Assembly (NCBI GenBank): GCA_045105515.1
Contig: JBGCDR010000414.1
Coordinates: 1 to 37,208 of the forward strand
Reading direction: 5' to 3'
DNA length: 37,208 nucleotides
Source: Oligoflexales bacterium
GTDB lineage: Bacteria > Bdellovibrionota_B > Oligoflexia > Oligoflexales > Bog-1112
The notes under the pieces were generated by a model that was not told the DNA's origin, made no database searches, and worked only from the letters and a program-made list of their open reading frames with translations. Shown piece by piece: positions 28,247-37,208 of the stretch (position 1 is its first letter; the number at the start of each line of letters is the position of its first letter). Position numbers and translations under genes: made by a program.

Positions 28247-29680
28247 TTAAAATTTTACCCCTAAGTGCACTGCGACAGAAGGTGATGACTGATAGTTTCG
28301 ATTTGTATTAGGTAGTAAATAGGGGCTAATTTTCCATTCTACTAAGGACTCTGAATCGCCTAGATAGGGTTCTGTATCAGATCTTCTTCGCTTTTTTCTA
28401 CTACTTTTCTTTTTAAAGCTATCAGATAAAAATGCTTCGATGGTACTTGCAATCCATAAGGCGCCAAAAATTGCAAATCCAATATTTGAACTACTATTTA
28501 AGTAGCTAACTTGTTGGTCACGAACATCTCGAAAATCCCTTGTTGCTTCTAAGTCGCTCTCTTGTCCATCTTCGGGAAGATTTCCTCGTGCTGCGTCTCG
28601 GGCTAAAATTTCATTGTTCGTATCAATTATTAGGTTTTCAGCTTCGTTCAGCTTAGCAATGCCAAAATAAAATGCAGATGCCTGGGACACGAGAAATGCG
28701 GCCCCCAACAATGGGTTCTTGTTTGCAAATTGACCTGTTCCAAGTGGGAGCAAATATAAAATGGGGCTGGGTGGTGTACTTACGGTTTTTTTAATGACTT
28801 TAGTTTTTCTCCGTCTTCTATAAATATTATCCTCGTCTTGGTTCAAGGAATCCATTTCCGAGATGTCATCAGGAAATGATTCTTCTGGTGGTGCCCTTCT
28901 ACTTTTTTTAGCTTTAACTTTAGCCTTACTGGTAATTGCTCCTTCATCTTTAATACCAATTCTTTGAGATCTTCTAAAACGTTCGTTCAGGATATTGATT
29001 TGATCTTTTTTAAGTTCAATACTTTTTATAATTGGGTTATACCCTTGAGAGAATATCTTGAGTTGTCGAAGTCCTGGGTCAACTTTGATTTTTTGCCCCA
29101 TCTTGCCAACATTGTCGCCATCAAGGAATATGACTGCGTTTGAGCGATTTACCTTGACGATCAGATAGGTTCTATCAGGTTGAGGTATTGGTGGTGGTAA
29201 TGGTTTGGGTGGAGGTGGCGTTTTTTTTCTTACCCGCACAACTCTACGAGCTTTAGGTTTCGACCTAATCCTTGGCCTAGCTTTAGTCCTGGGTTTAGGT
29301 TTAGCAACTGCTACCTTAATTTTTTTGAAATAACCGATTACGGTTTCATCCAGCACTTCTGATGGATCGATTTCAATGGCTGGATCGATTTTCTTTGCTG
29401 ATATAAAACTTAGTCTGGCAGAACTGGCTTTGCCTTGCATGTATTGGCAAATGCCCAACATTTTGTAGTACTGGGCTTTTTTACTAGCAGATGAGCTTGT
29501 TTTTACAAAGGTTTGAAATTCTTTTTCCGCTCCCTTAAAGTCACCAGCAAAATATTTCTTATAGGCGCTTCCTTGTGCGTACACATCAGGAGCTAAATGC
29601 AATAATATGGATAATCCAAAAAATCCTGCCACAATCCATAAAAAACAGAGTTTTGCATATTTGGTCTGACATAAAGCCAT
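28247..29680 (-). CDS. Exported TPR + PEGA domain protein with C-terminal membrane segments
   Basis: Signal peptide; TPR (Y..GDF..A...F, LG.C.Y..G...A...F..A..IDP); K/R/P-rich linker; PEGA-like A.IFLDG..VG...V.PG...L.I...GY; LLP.G.GQF.N. Confidence 0.8.
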   Translation of the reverse strand: MALCQTKYAKLCFLWIVAGFFGLSILLHLAPDVYAQGSAYKKYFAGDFKGAEKEFQTFVKTSSSASKKAQYYKMLGICQYMQGKASSARLSFISAKKIDPAIEIDPSEVLDETVIGYFKKIKVAVAKPKPRTKARPRIRSKPKARRVVRVRKKTPPPPKPLPPPIPQPDRTYLIVKVNRSNAVIFLDGDNVGKMGQKIKVDPGLRQLKIFSQGYNPIIKSIELKKDQINILNERFRRSQRIGIKDEGAITSKAKVKAKKSRRAPPEESFPDDISEMDSLNQDEDNIYRRRRKTKVIKKTVSTPPSPILYLLPLGTGQFANKNPLLGAAFLVSQASAFYFGIAKLNEAENLIIDTNNEILARDAARGNLPEDGQESDLEATRDFRDVRDQQVSYLNSSSNIGFAIFGALWIASTIEAFLSDSFKKKSSRKKRRRSDTEPYLGDSESLVEWKISPYLLPNTNRNYQSSPSVAVHLGVKF

Positions 29681-29977
29681 ACGTGCTTTGAAATCCTATA
29701 TAAAAATTCCCTTGCTTCCTATAGGCATCGGTAAAACATAAACATGAATTGAGTAGCTGCCTTTGAGTGATCAATAGAAATATTAGTGATAAAGATAAAA
29801 TAAAGACTGAAATAATATATATATGTAGTAGGTTAAATTGATAGTTTGCTTTGTTTTACTAAGCAATAAAATTTTAATATTTCCAGCTGTATTTGAAATA
29901 TTTCTTCCCCGGGTGTTTACCTTAATTAGAGAAAGCGATAAAATTCCGGCGAAAAGTTTAATTTTTAAGGAGTATCA

Positions 29978-30310
29978 ATGTCGAAGTATCTTTTTATTGA
30001 GTCAAAAGATCCTTTTGAGTCAAGCGATACAATTCAAACTTACGGTCTGATCAAGGAACTTCATAGCCAAGGACATGAGTTAGCCTTGTTTCTAGTCCAG
30101 AATGGGGTTTTCTGCAGCAGAAAAAATGCAAGAGAAAGTTTGTTTTCGCAGCTTTTAGTGCAGGAGAAAATCTCGGTCTTTGCGGATGATTTTGCTTTGG
30201 AGGAAAGAGGGATAGAGGAAGGCGAGATTTTTTCCCAAATTAAAGTTGCTCCTATGGAAACTCTTGTTGATCTCTTGATGGAAGATGGTCGCAAGGCAAT
30301 TTGGCACTGA
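29978..30310 (+). CDS. DsrE/F/H-like family protein (DsrF/DsrH-like)
   Basis: S.DPF, LFLVQNGV, D..AL.ERG; AAGGAG RBS. Confidence 0.85.
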   Translation: MSKYLFIESKDPFESSDTIQTYGLIKELHSQGHELALFLVQNGVFCSRKNARESLFSQLLVQEKISVFADDFALEERGIEEGEIFSQIKVAPMETLVDLLMEDGRKAIWH

Positions 30311-30325
30311 AAACTGGAGTATGAA

Positions 30326-30736
30326 ATGTCTAAAACTTTAAATATATTGATTATGGACCCTCCGTATGAGTCTTCCAATACAGCAACGGCCTTTCGCATC
30401 ATTGCTGCATCGTTGGAAAAAGGTCACAATGTTACCGTCTTCGCATACGAAGGAGCTACTGCGCTAACTTTGAATGGCCAGATTCCTCACCCTAACCCAG
30501 TTAAAAAAACGAATATAGATGAAGAGAAACATCCACTGACGAAAGATTTGGTAGCAGGCTTATTTGATTTGGCTGCCAAGAAAGGGCTTGTTTTAAACTG
30601 GGTCAATTGTGGAATGTGTGTCGATGAACGTGGAGTAGGCGACTGGATCGAAGGGCCTAAACGTGGCGGCCCCCCTGATTTTGTACAAGCTGTAAGGGAT
30701 TCTGATCAAACCCTCGTGATAGCAACTACTAGGTAG
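30326..30736 (+). CDS. DsrE/TusD-like sulfur-relay protein
   Basis: I.I..PPY......A.....A....GH.V.VF.Y.GA and CGMC..ERG at the position of the DsrE/TusD active Cys. Confidence 0.88.
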   Translation: MSKTLNILIMDPPYESSNTATAFRIIAASLEKGHNVTVFAYEGATALTLNGQIPHPNPVKKTNIDEEKHPLTKDLVAGLFDLAAKKGLVLNWVNCGMCVDERGVGDWIEGPKRGGPPDFVQAVRDSDQTLVIATTR

Positions 30737-30748
30737 GAGGAGAAAGTT

Positions 30749-31132
30749 TTGCATAAAATACTAAGCGTAGTAGATACAGCATATAGGGCTACCCTAGAGG
30801 AACAAGATGATACTTCTCTTTGGTTTAACCATGCTTGTAGAAATGCTGGAGCAAATATCAGCTTACTGCTGACAGGGAATGCAGTGAATTATGCAGTTGC
30901 TCAGCAGAAGCCTCGGAGTTTAAATTTTGGAACTAGTAGTATTCCGCATCCGAGCAAATTTCATGAAGACCTGTTGAGTTTTAAACAAGCCGGTGGACAA
31001 GTTTTCTATATGGAAGATGATGCTGAAGAGCGAGGTATTGGTTATGAACAGTTGGTAGAAGGCATTGAACCGGTAAAACGGTCGCAAATGGCTTCGCTAA
31101 TGAACGATTTTGACCTGATTTGGCATTGGTAG
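30749..31132 (+). CDS. DsrE/F/H-like family protein
   Basis: TTG start with AGGAGG RBS; LLL.GNAV.YA, Y..DD..ERG, C-terminal D.IWHW. Confidence 0.82.
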   Translation: MHKILSVVDTAYRATLEEQDDTSLWFNHACRNAGANISLLLTGNAVNYAVAQQKPRSLNFGTSSIPHPSKFHEDLLSFKQAGGQVFYMEDDAEERGIGYEQLVEGIEPVKRSQMASLMNDFDLIWHW

Positions 31133-31360
31133 AATGTCGTCCGCCAAACTGGTGCTTCCTGCATATTCTTCTGAGTTTGATAATGAATTTTTCGGATTTT
31201 GGCTTATCTATGGAAGAATTGCTAGGGTACTTCATAGTATTTTAGAGATGCCTTAAAAGATTCATAATATCAAACTCTTATGTATCAGTTTAGCTAAAAA
31301 TCTCACATTGGGTATGTTTTTTGCATTCATTACCTTTGAAGTCTAACTAAAGGTATTGTC

Positions 31361-32761
31361 ATGTTTAAGATTTTTACAGTTGTTAGTATTTTATCTATTT
31401 CTTCCGTTTTGTATTCTTGCAAGCAGAAGGAAAGAAGGTCTGTTAATATTCCATCTGAAAATAATCATTTTGAAATTGAAAACAGAAAAATAACTTCAGA
31501 TGAAAGATTATCCTTAACTGAAGGGATTGCTAGCTCTGATAGTTCCATGTTAATATCCGACAATTTAGCGCATTATAATGAACTACTTGAAAGAAAGTAT
31601 CCTCGGCTTATAGCTATGCCAGTGGAGCAACAGGTAGCTAATGGGCAGCAGCTTAGTGAATCAGATTTTAACAATCTTAAAAGAAATATAGCGGACCGAA
31701 TATACCTCTACTATCACCCTGATGCTCCAATAAGCTTGAAGACGCAATATCCAATTCTCTCTTTCCAGGTGAATACAAGTGGCATCCATTGGGAGACAGT
31801 GATAGTTGATTTGAACGATTTAACCTTATCTCCACCTAATTTAAAGTTTGAGCAGTGGAATTTTCTAGGTGGAACTGCTTCCTTGGCACCAAAAAAAATT
31901 AATCAAGTTAGAGCAGCTGTGGTAGATGTAATGAATGAATTAGGTAGTGCGCGGCATTTCGAACCGCGGAACATTACCGAAACCTTCAAGCAAAAGCCTT
32001 CGTTCGAAGACCTTCACGCATACCTAATTCGTTACCATGCAGGAAATAGAAATATAGCTGTTGTACGCGAAGTTGACAGTTTCTTTGTTGACTTTTCGGG
32101 CCAAAGATTTCCAGTGTTGCTGGAAGAAGCTCAACATGATTATTTTGGTAAAAGCTGGGAGGTTCGACACACTGCATTTCAAGAATTCAAACGTCCTAAA
32201 AAACTCATTGAACTCCTCGAAAAATTTAATAAGAACCAGGTCAATAGACCCGCAATAAATGGACCTATAGATGGGAGCTATCTTAATATCGCAAATCTTC
32301 AACAAGGTCATAACAATTGTGGTGTTGCTTCAGCTTGGATAACAGAGCAACGGGCAAAAGGATTGAAAGATAAAGATTTTAGAACCGTTCAGCCAGATGG
32401 TTACCATGAATATCGACGCACTATGCTGAGAAATTTGCATAATGAATTTATCGGGACCAAGCTTCCTCAGTCGGGTGCTCTTGCCTATCCGCGACCAAGT
32501 TATAAAGATGAGTTGCCAAAAAAAATACCAACTGTAATGTCAAGACCAACTCTAAATCCAGAACCATCAATAAAGACTCCATCGTTTGGTAAAGACCCTC
32601 ATTTTTCTGAGTATGATTTTGATGCTAGGTCAAAACCAAGTTCGTATAAGAAATGGTGGATCGGACACATTGCATTTGCTGCAATTACTGGCGGATACGT
32701 TATCTATACCAACTATGAAGAACAGCGTGCTAAAAAGAAAAAAGCACCACTCTTCGAATAA
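31361..32761 (+). CDS. Lipoprotein with putative CE-clan (Ulp1/ElaD-like) cysteine protease motifs and C-terminal TM
   Basis: Lipobox LYSC (C20); HWETVIVDL (H143), WNFLG (N167), LQQGHNNCG (Q314, C320); hydrophobic segment then KKKK at the C-terminus. Confidence 0.6.
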   Translation: MFKIFTVVSILSISSVLYSCKQKERRSVNIPSENNHFEIENRKITSDERLSLTEGIASSDSSMLISDNLAHYNELLERKYPRLIAMPVEQQVANGQQLSESDFNNLKRNIADRIYLYYHPDAPISLKTQYPILSFQVNTSGIHWETVIVDLNDLTLSPPNLKFEQWNFLGGTASLAPKKINQVRAAVVDVMNELGSARHFEPRNITETFKQKPSFEDLHAYLIRYHAGNRNIAVVREVDSFFVDFSGQRFPVLLEEAQHDYFGKSWEVRHTAFQEFKRPKKLIELLEKFNKNQVNRPAINGPIDGSYLNIANLQQGHNNCGVASAWITEQRAKGLKDKDFRTVQPDGYHEYRRTMLRNLHNEFIGTKLPQSGALAYPRPSYKDELPKKIPTVMSRPTLNPEPSIKTPSFGKDPHFSEYDFDARSKPSSYKKWWIGHIAFAAITGGYVIYTNYEEQRAKKKKAPLFE

Positions 32762-33274
32762 GTAGATCATAAATAACCAGGGCATTTGGATAAAATGATT
32801 CTATAGATGAAATATCGTATGAATTTGTTGTTGATTCTGACGATAGTTTTATTCAACTATCACCCTCCTTTTAAGCAGCACAAATAAGATTTTGGTATAT
32901 ACTATATAAAATTCATACTAAAATATAATCTGGCGACAGATATATTTTTGCTGTACTTTTTAACAAAAAAAGCACTACACTTTTTAATGAAGAAATCTCA
33001 TTTTATTATTTAAATAAAAAATCATCTATAAAACCAAATGTGTTAGATTTCGTCTTGAAGAATGCCAAGATGAAAAGTATGATCTATATGACTTTAGATA
33101 GTTGATTTACCCGCTAAAATATAGATCTAGAAAGCAATAATAATTTGTCAAAACAATGATAAAGTCTTGACTAGCTTGGTCTCCCGCTTGAGTAAGGGGA
33201 ATGTTGATTCAAAGACTAAACTTGAAAAGAATTTTTCAATGCTAATTATAAGGAACCTTAATGCTACAGGCTGA

Positions 33275-33382
33275 TCTGCTCCCGGGTATCCTTATTGGAA
33301 CACCATGTCTTTTGCCACATGTCGGGTTTGCTGGGAACCAATGGGTATTGATATCTCTCCTTTCAGACCGAACTCCCGATGA
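33275..33382 (+). pseudogene. Possible 3' remnant of a gene formerly coupled to the MFS gene
   Basis: Frame reads ...NLNATG*SAPGYPYWNTMSFATCRVCWEPMGIDISPFRPNSR*, and its TGA overlaps the MFS ATG (ATGA). GC is visibly higher than in the AT-rich spacer upstream. Confidence 0.35.
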
Positions 33383-34620
33383 ATAAGGAATTAAAACAGT
33401 ACCTGCAATTTGCGTTGATAATTCTTGGTGCAGGTTCACTTTATCCGCTTTTGTATTTACGGCAAAATTTTGAAACTGCGATTTTGCATGTTTTTAAGCT
33501 AAACCTTGAAGAGCTCGGCAATCTCTATACCTCGTTAGGCTTAGTTTATTTCATCACCTATTTTCCTAGCGGATGGCTTGCAGATTACTTTCCTCCAAAA
33601 AGGTTAATGGTTTTTTCTCTGAGTATGACTGGTTTTTTGGGTCTATGGTATGCGCAATGTCCAGGGAAAGAGTGGTTGATATTTATTTATGTAGGATGGG
33701 GATTATCGACTGGTTTAACGTTTTGGGCAGCATTACTCAAAGCAACAGTTCTACTTGCGGGCGCGTCTCGTCAAGGACGTTTTTTTGGTTTATTAGAAGG
33801 TGGAAGAGGTCTTGTAGAAGCAATATTGGCTACTTTAGCCATTTGTCTTTTTGACTATTTTCATGGTGAAACATTAGCTCAGATAAAGATTGGTTTTCAG
33901 GCAGTTGTTATTCTTTATTCTGGTTTTTGTCTTGGAATTGCCTTACTCATGTCCTTATTTTTAAGCGGGGGACAAGATAATACTGTAGCGAGTACTGTGA
34001 GTTCAAAGAACTTGAAAATAAGCCTGATACAAATTATTTCGAAACCTAGAGTATGGTTGGTTGCTGGAGTCATATTTGGCACTTATCAAATATTCTGGGC
34101 GACCTATTCATTTTCTGCTTTTTTACAAGTTGAAGGAAGGATGACGCTAGTCGCCGCTGGCAATGTATCTGTAGCAAAGCTTTGGATGCGACCAGTTGGG
34201 AGTATCCTTGCAGGGTTCTACGGTGATCGTTTTGGGAATGGAAGGGTTTGTTTTCTGGCGATGCTTTTTGCTATGGGGGGCTTGATAGTCTTAGCTTTCG
34301 AGGGTGGTAGGCTCCCTTCTACTGCGCTTTCTTTCATAGTAATGGTAGTTGGCCTAACCATATACGCTGCTCGTGGGGTTTGCTGGGCTTTGCTTAAATC
34401 TTGTCAACTTCCTGAGAAATTAACAGGCTTAGCTATCGGACTGGTTTCGCTTTTAGCTTATTCACCTGATATGTTTTTACCACAGCTTTTAGGTCATCTT
34501 GCGTATCATTATGCTGGATTTGAACTTTATCGTCTTTATTTTAGTTTCGTCTGCTTGATGGGTGTTTTAGGTATTATTTGCTTGATTCAGGTTTCTCGGC
34601 AATCTGCATCTGCTTCTTGA
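33379..34620 (+). CDS. MFS transporter (YqcE/YihN-like)
   Basis: About 12 TM; GWLADYF.PK motif A, QGRFFGLLEGGRG, G..GDRFG. Confidence 0.92.
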   Translation: MNKELKQYLQFALIILGAGSLYPLLYLRQNFETAILHVFKLNLEELGNLYTSLGLVYFITYFPSGWLADYFPPKRLMVFSLSMTGFLGLWYAQCPGKEWLIFIYVGWGLSTGLTFWAALLKATVLLAGASRQGRFFGLLEGGRGLVEAILATLAICLFDYFHGETLAQIKIGFQAVVILYSGFCLGIALLMSLFLSGGQDNTVASTVSSKNLKISLIQIISKPRVWLVAGVIFGTYQIFWATYSFSAFLQVEGRMTLVAAGNVSVAKLWMRPVGSILAGFYGDRFGNGRVCFLAMLFAMGGLIVLAFEGGRLPSTALSFIVMVVGLTIYAARGVCWALLKSCQLPEKLTGLAIGLVSLLAYSPDMFLPQLLGHLAYHYAGFELYRLYFSFVCLMGVLGIICLIQVSRQSASAS

Positions 34621-34733
34621 GCAACAGTATGGATTAATGTTTGCTAAGAGTTAAGATATCTAAATTTCAGCAAAGCAGTACAAGTTTAATATTCATCAGT
34701 GGTGGAATGAAATAATCAATGCTAATCCTAGTG

Positions 34734-36485
34734 CTATTTTTTAATATCGACAAATTTGAAAATATTGCCAATAACATGTGGAGCAGGATAGAGAATGACA
34801 TTCTTGTGCCAAAGTAAGATAAAGGTACGAGAATAACCAGAAATTACCACACAGTCTTCAATCAAAAGTTCATTCATTTTTCGAAAAAGGCTTTTTCTGC
34901 GATTACTTGGACCAATCTTTACAGCTTCATCCAAAAGTTTATCAAACTCAGGGTTGCTGTAATTGGATAAATTTGCACCACCATCTGCATATGCTCCGTA
35001 GAAAAGTTGCATTGCATTTTCTGCATCGGGAAAATCTAAATTCCATGAGAGGGTTGCGTAGCTAGCTAAATTTCCTTGGCGCATTTCCTGGAGGTAATCA
35101 GCAAAGGACTTATGAAGTTTTAGTTTGATTTTGCTTTCAGGCCAGGAAATTTTTTTTAGCCAGCTTCTAAACATTTCATATTGATAACGGGTGTTGGGTG
35201 CTGCGTATGAATTATAATCTAGGGTTGGCAATTTTTCTTGAGTCCAACCGTGTTGGGATAGAATTTTTTTTGCTCCTACAGGATCTAAAGTAATTGATTC
35301 CTTTGACAAAGAGGGGTCGAAATCATCCAGTATTTCCGGGACTATGCCAGGAAAAGGTTCTCCAATACCATGAAAGTTGCGACCAATAAATTGCTTCCAA
35401 TTAAATGATTTACGAATTGCGCATCTTAAAGCCTTATTTCTTTTTGAGGCTGCAAGGTCTCCGGGAATATTTCCAAAAGTAGGATTGGCCATGTTAAATG
35501 CAAAATATGTGAATGCAAGCTCTTTAATGGGTACAATATGGTATTTACTTGTGTACTGTTTGTGAAAAGCTAAAGGTTCTTTTGAAGTTATTACCTCAGC
35601 TGATTGTTGCGGTGGAAGCACAGTATATTGGACTTCACTACCTTTAGCGAATGACATCCAATTTGATGATTTTTGATCGGCAAAATTAACTATTACCTCA
35701 TCAAGTAAAGGAATTTGCTTTCCATGAAGGCTTTTGATTCCAGTAAACCCATGCTCACTTTCTTGAAAGCCGTGCTCATATATATCAAATATTTCCTTCC
35801 GATAATTTGGGTTTTTTTTGAGCTTAGCTTGGTACTTGTTTAATTCCTTTAACTGCCAAGGACCGGAGCCAACAGGGTGAAGGCCAAATTCCTTTCCATA
35901 CTTATCAATTGCTTCTTTGGGCACTACAGCAGAGAATCCATGGGCAAAAGTGTAAACAATATGAGGCCTCGGGTGGCTAAGCTTAAGCTGCACCGTGTAA
36001 CGGTCTATAGCTTTCAGGCCTTCTACATCTTTACTGTAGTCAGCTGTTTTAGACCATTCATCAAGACCAACCAGCAGATCACTCCAGACCCACTTACCAC
36101 GGCTCCTATTTTTGGGGTCGAAGTGACGTTTAATTGAATAAACTACGTCTGTGGCGGTAAGCTCGCGACCTTTGCCCTTTGCAAAAGCGGGATCATCAGC
36201 AAAAAAGACTCCTCTTTTGAGCGGGATAAGATAAGTAAGTCCATCTTTACTGATATGGGGGAGCTCTTTGGCAAGATTAGGTTTTAAAGTGAAAGGTCTT
36301 TGCAAATACTTATACTCATAGAGGGTATCAAAAACTGAAGTGATAAGTCGGTTGGCATAGACAGAGCCTGCTGTAACTGGATCAACAGAATTACAGCTTC
36401 CTTCTTCACTATGGGTGTAAGACTTTGCCCTGGCAGATCCAAATTCCCAGAATAAAAAAATCATGAAAGTCAGAGAGTATTTCAT
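34734..36485 (-). CDS. ABC transporter substrate-binding protein, family 5 (OppA/DppA-like)
   Basis: S.DP, FDTLY.Y.YL.RP..L.PNLA, GRELTA.DVVYS.KR, HPVGSGP, W..D.PD..N. GAGGA RBS before ATG 36485, followed by a signal peptide. Confidence 0.92.
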   Translation of the reverse strand: MKYSLTFMIFLFWEFGSARAKSYTHSEEGSCNSVDPVTAGSVYANRLITSVFDTLYEYKYLQRPFTLKPNLAKELPHISKDGLTYLIPLKRGVFFADDPAFAKGKGRELTATDVVYSIKRHFDPKNRSRGKWVWSDLLVGLDEWSKTADYSKDVEGLKAIDRYTVQLKLSHPRPHIVYTFAHGFSAVVPKEAIDKYGKEFGLHPVGSGPWQLKELNKYQAKLKKNPNYRKEIFDIYEHGFQESEHGFTGIKSLHGKQIPLLDEVIVNFADQKSSNWMSFAKGSEVQYTVLPPQQSAEVITSKEPLAFHKQYTSKYHIVPIKELAFTYFAFNMANPTFGNIPGDLAASKRNKALRCAIRKSFNWKQFIGRNFHGIGEPFPGIVPEILDDFDPSLSKESITLDPVGAKKILSQHGWTQEKLPTLDYNSYAAPNTRYQYEMFRSWLKKISWPESKIKLKLHKSFADYLQEMRQGNLASYATLSWNLDFPDAENAMQLFYGAYADGGANLSNYSNPEFDKLLDEAVKIGPSNRRKSLFRKMNELLIEDCVVISGYSRTFILLWHKNVILYPAPHVIGNIFKFVDIKK

Positions 36486-36675
36486 CAATTTCCTCACGAT
36501 ATACTCCCAAGCACAAGATATGCCAACAGGAATAAGATGATCTGTCCGCACAATCATTGATGGAATGTCCAGTTTATCCTTTAAGGATAAAGTTCCTTGC
36601 AATAGCTAAAAGTAGCTAATCTATAATATATTTCTTTTTACTAGTTTTAGCGAGATAAAATTCAGTGGCTAAGTA

Positions 36676-37089
36676 CTAGATGGTGTTTTCAGCATCGCAT
36701 ATAACTTCCTTTAAATTTTGATATAATCCTTCTATGTCGTCGTGATTTATGCAAAGAGGAGGTTTGATTTTTATAACATTTTGTTCAATCCCATCGAGAG
36801 ATAAAAGGTAGCCTCTAGATTTCATCGCTTCGACAATCAGAGGATGTAGTTTCTTTATGTTTTTCTCATCTATTTGATTTTTGAGTTCAAGACCCAAAAA
36901 TAGACCTTGGCCTCTAAGCTCTTCTATGAGTGGACTTCTGGTACTCAAGTTAAAAAGAGCATTTTTTAAAGTCTTGCCAATGCATTGGGCATGTTCTTGT
37001 AGGCATTCGCGATCAATGATGTCGATGACAGAATTTGCTATCGCACATGATACGGGATTCCCTCCGAAACTATTAGAGTTGTCTAACAA
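36676..37089 (-). pseudogene. C-terminal fragment of a class-III PLP aminotransferase (phospho-lyase/GabT-like)
   Basis: NSFGGNPVSCA, RG.GLFLG.EL, DG...NV.KIKPPL. The PLP-lysine region is missing and another gene ends about 27 bp upstream. Confidence 0.85.
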
Positions 37090-37115
37090 TTGATAAAACC
37101 CTTTGGTAGCTTAAT

Positions 37116-37208
37116 TTATGTTATTTTATAGTTCCAAAGACCTGCTGCTGCGTAACCTATTTCATCACGAAGCTTATCAATTCTGACTCTTAACTTTGAA
37201 GAAGCTGC
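37116..37208 (-). CDS. 3' end of a gene running off the window (partial)
   Basis: Open frame from the window edge, AASSKLRVRIDKLRDEIGYAAAGLWNYKIT*, ending at TAA 37118-37116. Confidence 0.5.
   Translation of the reverse strand, partial: AASSKLRVRIDKLRDEIGYAAAGLWNYKIT

Noticed and set aside
29180..29310. Repeat-like GGT/GGA-rich tract
   Set aside because: It simply encodes the Pro/Lys/Arg-rich linker of the TPR-PEGA protein.
29978..31132. Dissimilatory sulfur metabolism (dsr) operon
   Set aside because: No dsrAB, dsrC or dsrMKJOP is present and the sequences are divergent, so no gene symbols were assigned.
2918..37093. Numerous 60-130 aa ORFs antisense or out-of-frame to recognised genes (e.g. 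2918-3106, 9321-9662, 19960-20361, 30061-30402, 33242-33439)
   Set aside because: They are shadow ORFs overlapping well-supported genes, with no recognisable motifs.
1..37208. CRISPR array, tRNA, rRNA, prophage or integrase
   Set aside because: I saw no regularly spaced repeats, cloverleaf or rRNA-like tracts, or phage hallmark ORFs by eye; covariance-model scans were not run.

Overview
Bacterial chromosomal window, translation table 11, with dense gene packing. Taxon guess is Oligoflexia/Bdellovibrionota-like; this is inferred from TPR-PEGA, PilZ, HDOD, sigma54 regulator and many orphan lipoprotein genes. From left to right: a truncated IS66 remnant; an HTTM-DCC fusion; sdaA; PilZ, ACT, YeiH and receiver-domain genes; a long minus-strand run (DUF3025, radical SAM, Zn-ribbon-HDOD, trmH, a coiled-coil protein, NtrX/NtrY-like pair, DUF4390-like, Omp85-like, yebC, amn); two hydrolases; PAS-LuxR; glutaredoxin; then an accessory-looking right end. 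The best leads are (1) a translationally coupled DGQHR + GIY-YIG nuclease pair, a candidate two-gene defence or conflict module; (2) a lipoprotein with a CE-clan (Ulp1/ElaD-like) His-Asn-Cys protease signature split by a large insertion; (3) an orphan DsrE/F/H-like trio with a CxxC; (4) an NtrY-like kinase broken by one in-frame TGA exactly at a conserved Trp; (5) a CheA-P1-like pseudo-Hpt (His->Glu) fused to a receiver. I saw no CRISPR array, tRNA or rRNA. All family calls come from motif recognition by eye, not from database searches.
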